Below are positions 7,683-15,227 of a stretch of DNA of 18,037 nucleotides, one piece after another. The translations under genes and the position numbers were made by a program. Numbering within the stretch: the stretch's first letter is position 1; the number at the start of each line of letters is the position of its first letter. Location: the IMG/VR virus record IMGVR_UViG_3300031565_014477; one strand, written 5' to 3'. The DNA is from a virus. The notes under the pieces are model-generated. The model ran no database searches. It saw only the letters and a list, made by a program, of their open reading frames with translations, and was not told the DNA's origin.

Positions 7683-9290
7683 ATGCCCAACTGGGATCAA
7701 GAAGCGGTGCTAGATGAAGATAGAGACGACGCGCAACGGAAGGCACTTCGGTTCCCCTTCGGCGCACAATTAATAGCAATAGCAAGCGAATCCGAAAGCG
7801 GGGTCTTTTCCCATTATGGGAATCAGGCTCAAGTACTAAGCTTAACCCACCCGTTTATCTCCCAAAGATCTTGGATTCGGGGGATGCCAGAAGGTGGTAC
7901 TAATTATGTCTTACAATTCCGTGCTGATGAAGCTAAGCCGCAAATAATAACTTCTGTTCAAAGGGGTGTAAAAAAGAAGATAGAGAGTTACCGGCAAGGT
8001 AATTCTTTGTATCGTCCTTTGCTTCCCGGCGAAATTGATATGTTATCGAGCGGCGTAGCCCAGGTATTCATGAGCCGTCGCCCTACTTTGGATCTGTATG
8101 GTGGCATGGTCCGTCGGTGGGCTGATCAAGATAAGATGGTAGCGGGCGACCGTGCCCCTATCCACCTTCGCCAAGGCTTACAATACCGGTCTAATGCCTT
8201 AGGTGATGAAGAAAGATTCGGGGTGGTGTCGCGCCCTAAAGAAAATGAGGACGGTACTTTTTCTTCTTGGGAAAAAAATTATCCCAAAGTTCGAGGCAAT
8301 TTCACCGCCGAACACTATCAACAGCTAAAGAATCCCAGTAACGCCGAACCAGAAGTTTTGTTCCGTAAACAATCAGGCCACGTATTGAACCAACGTGGAT
8401 TCCCTATAAGCCATTCCCGAACCGGAAATGCGTTAAGGCACGTAGAAGAATATTTTGATAATGAAGATGATTCCACAAAAATTGAGATCGATGAAGCCGG
8501 TAACTATGCTGTTACCTTAAGTCCCGGTGCCGCCGTAGGCTTTGAATTCAATTCTCCTAGTGGGGGATTTGGGCGTGTCGTAGGTTTGGACGAAAAAGCT
8601 ACCATACGCGGGGACATGATTTACGGCATCCAAAAAAATGCCATCTTTAAAATTGGTGAATCTTTAAGGTTTAGTATAGGCGGATTATTCGAAATAGCTT
8701 CCCGAGGCGGAGGTCAAAGATTACAGTTTTCGGATATACCAGGGGAAACCATGGTCGCGCTCACCACAGGTGGGGGCCATTCCATGATCTTCGATGACAC
8801 CAAAAATAAGGAAACTATCAATATCATACATAGCTCCGGGGCTCGTAACACGATGAGCAAAGATGGCTCTGTTAAGATCAACGCCGGGGACGGTTCTAAC
8901 CTATTCATGAACGCCGCCAACTTAACGACATCACTTACTTCAGGCTTCGGCACTTACGTTTCTATGGGAAAAGATGTTAGGCTTGTGTCCCCGTTCCAAG
9001 CTTTGATATTAGATGGGTTAACCACCGCACAGTTAACATCAAATGTAAATATTTTACTTAAAGCTCCGAAAGTGGAGATCTCAGGCGGGGCGATAGCACT
9101 CGGAGCTTTAGCAGCCTATAGCGCTACCCTGGCGGAGCCTTTAGCTTTGCTCTTCGATGCTCATATCCACGCAACGCCTACGGGGCCTAGCGGACCACCC
9201 TTACCCCCGAATACAGCAGCCTTGTTCAACGCTACCCCGGCTACTTCCTTTGCAGCCTTGTTTGTAAAAGTAAAAGGAAATACACCTTAA
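7683..9290 (+). CDS. baseplate central spike / VgrG-gp5-like protein with C-terminal β-helix and HxH apex
   Basis: The region HSMIFDDTKNKETINIIHSSGARNTMSKDGSVKINAGDGSNLFMNAANLTTSLTS...NILLKAPKVEISGGAIAL resembles the gp5/VgrG β-helical repeats. I recall T4 gp5 having ...ISIKAPSISLSAP... in the matching place. The terminal DAHIHATPTGPSGPP resembles the metal-binding HxH apex of gpV-type spikes. Confidence 0.5.
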   Translation: MPNWDQEAVLDEDRDDAQRKALRFPFGAQLIAIASESESGVFSHYGNQAQVLSLTHPFISQRSWIRGMPEGGTNYVLQFRADEAKPQIITSVQRGVKKKIESYRQGNSLYRPLLPGEIDMLSSGVAQVFMSRRPTLDLYGGMVRRWADQDKMVAGDRAPIHLRQGLQYRSNALGDEERFGVVSRPKENEDGTFSSWEKNYPKVRGNFTAEHYQQLKNPSNAEPEVLFRKQSGHVLNQRGFPISHSRTGNALRHVEEYFDNEDDSTKIEIDEAGNYAVTLSPGAAVGFEFNSPSGGFGRVVGLDEKATIRGDMIYGIQKNAIFKIGESLRFSIGGLFEIASRGGGQRLQFSDIPGETMVALTTGGGHSMIFDDTKNKETINIIHSSGARNTMSKDGSVKINAGDGSNLFMNAANLTTSLTSGFGTYVSMGKDVRLVSPFQALILDGLTTAQLTSNVNILLKAPKVEISGGAIALGALAAYSATLAEPLALLFDAHIHATPTGPSGPPLPPNTAALFNATPATSFAALFVKVKGNTP

Positions 9291-9293
9291 GGG

Positions 9294-9902
9294 ATGACTT
9301 GTACATCGATCGTCAGTGTTATACCTGGGGGTACCGGGCACGGTAACGAAGGAATCTCGATATCTGGAATTCCTAAGAAATCCAATAGCAGCCCTAAAAG
9401 AAAATCTAAAGGATCTGGGGGTGGGAATGGGATCGGGGGCAACCCCGGTATAATTATCGGAGGGATCGGTGGCAACAGATCAAATATGTTCAGCGAGAAC
9501 GGACACGGCAACGAAGGGATCTCTAAAGGGAACGGTAAACCCAAAGCATCCAATAGCAGCCCTATAAGAAAATCTAAAGGATCTGGGGGCGGGAACGGGA
9601 TCGGTGGCAACCCCGGTATTATAATTGGCGGTATCGGTGGCAACAGATCAAATATGTTCAGCGAGAACGGACACGGCAACGAAGGGATCTCTAAAGGGAA
9701 CGGTAAACCCAAAGCACCTAACAGTAGCCCTAGAAGAAAATCTAAAGGATCTGGGGGTGGGAATGGGATCGGGACATCAAGAGGTAATGTGACTCTAAAA
9801 GGTATTTTAAATAATTCGAAACCTGCGGCTTCCACGGTGAACGTCACCACTAATGTAGACAACTCAACCCCCTATCACAGATGTAGTAGATTAGATAACT
9901 GA
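9294..9902 (+). CDS. Gly/Asn/Lys-rich low-complexity repeat protein (2.6 tandem 55/56-aa repeats); strand assignment uncertain
   Basis: It starts 4 nt after the spike stop and shares orientation with every neighbouring gene. The repeat period (165/168 nt) is a multiple of 3. A fully open antisense ORF (9287-9862, Pro/Leu-rich) shares its wobble positions, so sequence alone cannot decide between the strands. Confidence 0.4.
   Translation: MTCTSIVSVIPGGTGHGNEGISISGIPKKSNSSPKRKSKGSGGGNGIGGNPGIIIGGIGGNRSNMFSENGHGNEGISKGNGKPKASNSSPIRKSKGSGGGNGIGGNPGIIIGGIGGNRSNMFSENGHGNEGISKGNGKPKAPNSSPRRKSKGSGGGNGIGTSRGNVTLKGILNNSKPAASTVNVTTNVDNSTPYHRCSRLDN
9339..9773. repeat. tandem direct repeat, unit 165/168 nt, about 2.6 copies, roughly 90% identical
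   Basis: The copies start at about 9339, 9504 and 9672 (cacggYaacgaagg...cagcgagaacgga). The differences I tallied within the conserved stretch (9417-9470 versus 9585-9638, and 9584-9610 versus 9752-9778) fall at third codon positions. The repeat preserves both frames. Confidence 0.85.
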
Positions 9903-9992
9903 TCAACATCCTGTATTTTAACTGCCTCCTAGTTATCTTAACTTTAAATCATCGTTTTGGCAGAAATTCTACCTGGGAAGGTGACAATCATA

Positions 9993-11693
9993 ATGGAAGC
10001 TCGACGCAAACAAGAACTAAGGTCTCTGATACACACTATCCCGTCATTGGTAAAAGCCCATTTGGTGAACCAAGCCTTTGAGACAGAGACCATCATAGCA
10101 TCAACTTTTCAACTTTCGGAACCGTTTCGGGTGCTGATGCACAACATCCCGCAAAATTACATTGAGAATATCGCTTCTTGGTATTCAAAGTTGTCCTTCA
10201 AAGCTTTTCAAGGCGGCTTAAATAATGCCAAGCTGAAATTGGAAACAATAAACATGACCGCCCCTGCCGGGGAAGAACGCGAAGAAGAGATCAAAACTAA
10301 GATACCTATGCCGTATACTTTATCCCAACACCTAGCTAAGACCTTCCAAGACAATATTGGAAATCTTGTCCAAACCGTGCCGAATTCCTCCGATATTTTT
10401 GTACAATTCAAAAAAGATCTCGAAAAGGCTTATCGTGACGGTGTCTCGGAACATCTCAAGATGCTTGACGAAGAAAAAGAACAAGAAGAGGAACAACGAG
10501 AAGAGGAAGAAAAGCACGATGTAGTAGACGGTACTGAATTTGAAGATGATGCTGAAGAACGTGATGAAGAACGTGATGAAGAACTAGAAGAATTCGAGGA
10601 AGAAGATATCGACGACGAAGCTGCGATGGAAGCTGAAGAAGATATCGACGAAGAGGCTTTTTTAAAAGAATTATTGGACGAGATAGAAAGCGAGCCTACA
10701 GTGGGTCGTGATGAACAGATCGACACCCCTGTAGAAGGGACAATAGGAGAAAGTATGAATAAAAAGTTGGCGTCTAAGTTGAGACGAGACCCAGTCTTAG
10801 CTGATGTAACCCCTAATGAGGTTCTAAGGGCCTTAGAAGAATACACCAAGATCCCAGGTGACGCAGAAGCCGAAATGGTTCTCCGATATACCTTGGGGCT
10901 TCCCCCGGCAGGAAAGCCGAAAGCTGAAAAACCAAAGGTCGAAAAGGTTGAAAAGGCCCCAAAGGCTACAGCTTCTATGAAGCGAAGCATTGTACGTGGT
11001 GGCAAGGTTATAGGTCCTTATGATACCCAAGCGTTGAGACAAAAGGTCAAGGCTGCTGCTAAGACCCATGTACTGGATGACAATGACCTTCAAACAATAG
11101 TGATTGATTCGATCGTTTCTGATATTGATCAAATGGGTTCCAAAGAAGCTGCCCAAGCCATCGCCAAGAAGTTAGGTTTTTCAGAAGCATTAGCTTCCAA
11201 AGAGATCTCTTTGCAAGATGTTAAGAGCCGTTCTGATGTCTTAGCCCAAAAGCTGACCACTTCTTTAGGTTTGCCAGGTGAAATGATCTTTTTAGATGTT
11301 GATGGTGACTATTTATTAACTTTCGCCTTTCATCGATCCGAAGCAGCCAAGCTAAGTGACGAAGCCGGTTCTACTGTTAGAGCGGCCAAGATAGCCAAAA
11401 GGCGTCCGTTACCTAATAATCCGCAAGGGGTGTTATCAAAAAGAGATCAAGTTCAGATTTCTTCCTTGGCTGATTTAAGCAAAAGCCGAACGATGCGTGA
11501 TATCCGAAAAGCTTCCCCTAAAGTCGCAGCTTATCTTAATGATGTTCTTAAAAATATCCGTATTGGTCGCGTAGGTTTATCCGAGGGATCTTCCAAGCTC
11601 CGGGCGAATATTTCGGACGTGATCGCCGAAGTTTTTGGGATGGACGGTTTAGGTTACTTTGAATACTTAACCACACGTAAAAAGAGAGCTTAA
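9993..11693 (+). CDS. hypothetical protein with about 60-aa poly-acidic tract and Lys-rich KPKxEK segment
   Basis: The ATG at 9993 follows GGAAGGTGA. The track ORF begins at TTG 9957. The tract EEKEQEEEQREEEEK...DDAEERDEERDEELEEFEEEDIDDE contains a 15-nt duplication. It also has PAGKPKAEKPKVEKVEKAPK. The C-terminal 300 aa look globular. Confidence 0.7.
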   Translation: MEARRKQELRSLIHTIPSLVKAHLVNQAFETETIIASTFQLSEPFRVLMHNIPQNYIENIASWYSKLSFKAFQGGLNNAKLKLETINMTAPAGEEREEEIKTKIPMPYTLSQHLAKTFQDNIGNLVQTVPNSSDIFVQFKKDLEKAYRDGVSEHLKMLDEEKEQEEEQREEEEKHDVVDGTEFEDDAEERDEERDEELEEFEEEDIDDEAAMEAEEDIDEEAFLKELLDEIESEPTVGRDEQIDTPVEGTIGESMNKKLASKLRRDPVLADVTPNEVLRALEEYTKIPGDAEAEMVLRYTLGLPPAGKPKAEKPKVEKVEKAPKATASMKRSIVRGGKVIGPYDTQALRQKVKAAAKTHVLDDNDLQTIVIDSIVSDIDQMGSKEAAQAIAKKLGFSEALASKEISLQDVKSRSDVLAQKLTTSLGLPGEMIFLDVDGDYLLTFAFHRSEAAKLSDEAGSTVRAAKIAKRRPLPNNPQGVLSKRDQVQISSLADLSKSRTMRDIRKASPKVAAYLNDVLKNIRIGRVGLSEGSSKLRANISDVIAEVFGMDGLGYFEYLTTRKKRA

Positions 11694-11695
11694 TT

Positions 11696-12283
11696 TTGCC
11701 CTTACCTCAGCCAATCACATTGACGCACTTCATCGACATTCACCGTGAGGAGTTTGTGAAGTTCGAACTTTGGATATCCGAAGAGTTGACGCAACATTTG
11801 ATCGAAGCCCACAATTTAGATCCGGCTTTCACCACTGTTGTCGTAGACATGGACGAAGAAGAGCCGGTGGGTAAGAGTGTTGATAGCATTGTGCTGTTAA
11901 GGTTGAACGGGCGTTTCTACATGCCGCTAAAGGACAAACAAGGCGTGGACCTTGAGCTTACGGCGGAAAAGTGGATTGAGTCCGCAAAGGGCTGGTTCGA
12001 CGAAAATGAAGTCGAGGTTACCTTTGACGAAGATTCCAATGACCTTATCAAATTTACAGCCTTCGTACCGGGTGTCGAATTACCGGAAACGGAAGAACCC
12101 GCAGCGGAAGAAGGGGCCGAAGAGCCTGCCGATGAAGGCGAAGAAGCTGCCGATGAAGAGCCTGCTAAAGAAGGCGAAGAAGGTGCTGATGAAGAGCCTG
12201 CCGATGAAGAGCCTGCCGATGAAGGCGAAGAGGGTGCTGATGAAGAAGGTTTGAAAGAGTTCGAAGACGCATTAGGTCTGTAA
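11696..12283 (+). CDS. hypothetical protein with highly acidic repetitive C-terminal tail (EEPADE/GEEGADE units)
   Basis: TTG start 7 nt after AAAAGAGAG. The start is uncertain. An 18-nt tandem repeat at about 12110-12250 encodes a 60-aa stretch containing only E, D, P, A, G and a single K. Confidence 0.6.
   Translation: MPLPQPITLTHFIDIHREEFVKFELWISEELTQHLIEAHNLDPAFTTVVVDMDEEEPVGKSVDSIVLLRLNGRFYMPLKDKQGVDLELTAEKWIESAKGWFDENEVEVTFDEDSNDLIKFTAFVPGVELPETEEPAAEEGAEEPADEGEEAADEEPAKEGEEGADEEPADEEPADEGEEGADEEGLKEFEDALGL
12110..12250. repeat. imperfect 18-nt tandem repeats (gaagagcctgccgatgaa / ggcgaagaaggtgctgat) encoding poly-acidic tail
   Basis: Seen directly in the sequence. It also produces a spurious Ser-rich antisense ORF (11917-12375). 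Confidence 0.8.
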
Positions 12284-12298
12284 ATAAAAGGGTTTAAC

Positions 12299-12679
12299 AT
12301 GAGTAAATATATCGAAACTTTGCACGAAGAGATCGAAACCCTGCACGAAGTTTTGAATACTGAAATCGACCGCAAGATCGCAACAGGTGACTATGATAGT
12401 TTGGAGTCTACCCCTGCGGACATGTCAGCCCGATATTGGTTGATGCAATTCTTAGAACCCTTAAGTCGGAAAGAGCTTAAGAGTGTCGTAGACGGATTTC
12501 TAGTGCAGCTATTGAATGACGAACAAGCCAAAAAGCTAGTGAAGTTTTTGTTAGTGCGGTTTCCTGGTTATTACAACGAAGGTACCGCAGAAGGTGAGGG
12601 CGAAGGTGACGAATGCCCTGGGAAAGACGACGGTAGCATCGACGTTAGCAAGGCAATCAAGTTTCAGAATAGAGGATAG
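12299..12679 (+). CDS. hypothetical protein
   Basis: ATG 7 nt after AAAGGG. It has an internal 21-nt duplication (IETLHEE/IETLHEV). TAG stop. Confidence 0.65.
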   Translation: MSKYIETLHEEIETLHEVLNTEIDRKIATGDYDSLESTPADMSARYWLMQFLEPLSRKELKSVVDGFLVQLLNDEQAKKLVKFLLVRFPGYYNEGTAEGEGEGDECPGKDDGSIDVSKAIKFQNRG

Positions 12680-12682
12680 GCC

Positions 12683-13408
12683 GTGGCATTTGATAAAAAG
12701 AAACAAAAGATTTTCACCGTCTATGTAGAAGCTGTTCGTAAGAAGGGAGATTCTTTCGACTTTTACAAGTCTGCCAAAGCTTTCGACAAGCTTTTAGAAA
12801 AAGTTGGCTTGTCGCTAAAGTCGAATCAATTCTTCCGGGAAGTATGGGACGAATTAGACGATCCGAATAGCCGCTGGGACGTAACGGAAGAAGACCTCGG
12901 AACTTTTCTGGACGTTATGCCTAAAGATCTTTTAAAACGAAATCTTACAAAAAACATTATCCAAAAAAAGATCAAACCGGCGGACCAAGAAAAATACGAA
13001 AAATTAATAGCGATCATGAAGCCGCAAGCTCAAGCCAAGTTCCTTGCCAAAAACAAAATGACTTCGGCTACTCCGGTAATGTTTACCAAAGTCAAAGATG
13101 GTAAATGTATTATAAGAGCTTTTCTAGGCAACATCACAAACAAAGTTGGGATGCCTAGCAAAAGCGCATCGGGTTCCTTGTACCGGGATTTTTATGATGC
13201 TCTCGAACAAGAGATCGGGCGCAAGAGCTTGCAAAAAGCGATAGCCTATGTGGTACCGCAGATCGAATTCAACGTCGTAGATTGGCCTAATATGTCCACG
13301 TTGGAAGATGCCAGGTACGAAGTAGAATTCTATTTCGAACCTGATGAAACTCTACTGCAAAATTTAGCGGATGCCGTGGCGCTAACCGTAGAAGGCTTTG
13401 TTAACTAG
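12683..13408 (+). CDS. hypothetical protein
   Basis: GTG start after AGAGGATAGG. It is a 241-aa ORF. Its 3' end overlaps the convergent minus-strand gene by 8 nt. Confidence 0.65.
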   Translation: MAFDKKKQKIFTVYVEAVRKKGDSFDFYKSAKAFDKLLEKVGLSLKSNQFFREVWDELDDPNSRWDVTEEDLGTFLDVMPKDLLKRNLTKNIIQKKIKPADQEKYEKLIAIMKPQAQAKFLAKNKMTSATPVMFTKVKDGKCIIRAFLGNITNKVGMPSKSASGSLYRDFYDALEQEIGRKSLQKAIAYVVPQIEFNVVDWPNMSTLEDARYEVEFYFEPDETLLQNLADAVALTVEGFVN

Positions 13409-13925
13409 CCCATAATTTTTCCCCGCGCAACACATAGCTGTTTATCGCTTTGATCACTTCAATTCGAAGGTCATCGGATTGTTTTAAAGCAAAATTAAAT
13501 AATTTGTAATCTGTGGATTGGGCTAACATAGCTTTTCGCAATACCGACGATCGTGACTTCGTAAAAACTTCCAACCACAAACTAGCCTCTTTATGTTTAC
13601 CCAAAAGCTCTAATTGCTTCGGTAAATTTCTTTTGATCCTTATAATTTGAAGGGCGGGGCTTTCCTTGGTCGTGGTTTTCGCTACCCGTCTTAGGACCGG
13701 CTTCTCAACCGCTACCTCCGCTGGCTTTTCAGCCACTTTGACTACGCTTTGTATTTGGTGGATCGCCCAATTTTCCAGCAAGTTGTACTTCAGATTATAT
13801 TCCTTGGCTATGGCGGCGATAGCGAACGTTAAGTTTCGGCTGGAATCTTTGTGGGTTTTGATGGCTTCCAGGATCGTTTGCTTGTGTTTTAAGAGCTGTT
13901 CTAAGTCTTCTGTTAATATTGACAT
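13401..13925 (-). CDS. hypothetical protein with probable helix-turn-helix segments (possible transcription regulator)
   Basis: It is the only minus-strand gene inside the 13-kb plus-strand block. RNLTFAIAAIAKEYNLKYNLLENWAI and SSVLRKAMLAQSTDYKLFNFAL look like HTH motifs. It is divergent from the downstream + gene. Confidence 0.5.
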   Translation of the reverse strand: MSILTEDLEQLLKHKQTILEAIKTHKDSSRNLTFAIAAIAKEYNLKYNLLENWAIHQIQSVVKVAEKPAEVAVEKPVLRRVAKTTTKESPALQIIRIKRNLPKQLELLGKHKEASLWLEVFTKSRSSVLRKAMLAQSTDYKLFNFALKQSDDLRIEVIKAINSYVLRGEKLWAS

Positions 13926-13972
13926 TCCTATACCCTTGTTACTTTAGATTTATAAACTTCCAGGAGATCATA

Positions 13973-14272
13973 ATGATAACTCCCGATAAGATTGAATCCG
14001 CCTTAGCTCGGATTCAATCTCAAAAAAAAGAATCTCGACTTCGTAAAAGTGTCGAGATCATAGCTGAAGTCAAAGCGAACGTCAGCCAGAATCCCTATGA
14101 TATCGCCACCGATTTGAAAAAGTTGGCTGCTGTCTACGAAAGTGCGGGAGAAGAAAAACAAGATTTCTATGATGAGATCTATGCCAGCCTAGGCAACGCG
14201 ATCCAAGAACACATGCAAATTTTGTTGGATGACGCTACCGAAATCGTTGAAGAAAGGGCTAAGCAGAAATGA
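13973..14272 (+). CDS. hypothetical protein (100 aa)
   Basis: ATG 4-5 nt after CAGGAGAT. The track ORF begins at 13919, but that start has no SD and overlaps the divergent gene. Its stop overlaps the next start (ATGA). Confidence 0.6.
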   Translation: MITPDKIESALARIQSQKKESRLRKSVEIIAEVKANVSQNPYDIATDLKKLAAVYESAGEEKQDFYDEIYASLGNAIQEHMQILLDDATEIVEERAKQK

Positions 14273-15150
14273 CTGCCAAGACCAAGCTGAAAAAGGAGCT
14301 TAAAGCCTTAGGGCTTAAGACCTACCTTAAGACAGGTACCCAAGAGTCTTTCGTCCGCAAAGGCGATGTTAAAAGGATCTTGGCAAGCTTGCACCGTGTA
14401 GTAGCCGATAAATTACCGGGCATGGCCCAACTTGATAAGATGATCAAGGCTGAATTGGAAAAGGCTTTCTCGGACGTTGAAGACGATTACGAGCTTTACA
14501 GTACGGGCGCTGAAAAAGTCAGCACCGAAAGGTCTAGTGGGTTCAGCCCGCACACCCAAGGCGGGTACCAGATCCGAGGTTTCCAAACCGAGATGGGTCT
14601 TATAAGTTCAGGGAATATGCCCGCTGACGCAAAAGCTAGCAAAGCGATTGAAGATGGCTATGCTTACAATGAAGAAATAGCGGCTGAAGAAATTTGGGAT
14701 AAGAATGAAGCCAAATTAAAAGGTGCAGGCTTCAAAGGGCCTAAAGAGCTTAATTACCAGGCAATGAACGATAAAGGTTTGGATGATTTAGCTGAACATT
14801 TGAGTGATCTAGTAGATGACTATAGCCGAGATGACAGTTCAGAAATTCTCTTTGGTATGGGTGTCTTCTATTACGAACCCGAAGGAGATTCTAAAATCCA
14901 TTCCGTTTATGTTTACAGTGAAATCAATTGGGAAGCTCCTTACTTCCGTACCGGTAAAGGCGCGAGCGTAGCCCCTTTCGAAGAAGACATCGACTTTGAA
15001 ACTGCTGGGGAGCTTCGACCCCTATTGATAAAAGCTCTTGGCAAGGCCGCCGCTTCTATCAGTAGTTCCGGTAAGCCCTATGCAGGGTCTGGCGCTGAAG
15101 AAGGCGAGAAAGCTCCGGTAGTCCGAATCAACGATCGCAAGATGTTTTAA
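14269..15150 (+). CDS. hypothetical protein with N-terminal SAP/HeH-like DNA-binding motif
   Basis: KLKKELKALGLKTYLKTGTQESFVRKGDVKRILASL matches the SAP/HeH pattern L..LK..GL...G.K..L..R. The remainder is acidic. Confidence 0.65.
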   Translation: MTAKTKLKKELKALGLKTYLKTGTQESFVRKGDVKRILASLHRVVADKLPGMAQLDKMIKAELEKAFSDVEDDYELYSTGAEKVSTERSSGFSPHTQGGYQIRGFQTEMGLISSGNMPADAKASKAIEDGYAYNEEIAAEEIWDKNEAKLKGAGFKGPKELNYQAMNDKGLDDLAEHLSDLVDDYSRDDSSEILFGMGVFYYEPEGDSKIHSVYVYSEINWEAPYFRTGKGASVAPFEEDIDFETAGELRPLLIKALGKAAASISSSGKPYAGSGAEEGEKAPVVRINDRKMF

Positions 15151-15194
15151 GCTAGTTTGAAAAAGTTCCCAACGACTACCCGCATCAGTGATTA

Positions 15195-15222
15195 AGCCCT
15201 TACCTTTATAGTAGGGAGGGCT
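15195..15222 (+). terminator. hairpin (AGCCCT-TAC...GTA-GGG-AGGGCT) followed by TTACTTT; embeds the SD of the downstream gene
   Basis: There is a 6-bp stem plus a 3-bp stem with a GGG bulge. GGGAGGG in the 3' arm is the ribosome-binding site for the TTG start at 15228. Confidence 0.3.
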
Positions 15223-15227
15223 TTACT

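Noticed and set aside
6480-7785. Short ORFs (61-83 aa) inside and antisense to the 751-aa gene and the spike gene boundary (6480-6716, 6801-7010, 7027-7212, 7449-7700, 7480-7683, 7570-7785).
   Set aside because: They overlap long ORFs that have RBSs. They have no independent signals and their sizes are typical of random ORFs at this GC content.
9339-9773. Tandem repeat as a CRISPR array or satellite.
   Set aside because: The units are 165/168 nt and about 90% identical with no repeat-spacer structure. Their length is a multiple of three and they lie inside an ORF. It is a coding tandem duplication, not CRISPR.
9287-9862. The antisense 191-aa Pro/Leu-rich ORF across the tandem repeat, as the real gene instead of the + strand ORF.
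   Set aside because: I did not fully reject it. I assigned the CDS to the + strand because every neighbouring gene is on + and the + ORF starts 4 nt after the spike stop. The antisense start would be a TTG with a poor SD. The sequence itself cannot distinguish the two.
9903-9992. Sigma70-type promoter in the 90-bp gap after the repeat gene (TTAACT hexamers at 9918 and 9938).
   Set aside because: No acceptable -10 element sits at 16-18 bp spacing (ACTTTA / CAGAAA). I could not support a promoter call.
10430-11005. A 191-aa Ser-rich antisense ORF, and likewise 11917-12375 (152 aa) and 11952-12254 (100 aa Lys-rich).
   Set aside because: They are reverse complements or frame-shifted reads of the GAA/GAG/GAT-rich acidic repeats. 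They have low complexity, no RBS, and are fully embedded in better-supported + genes.
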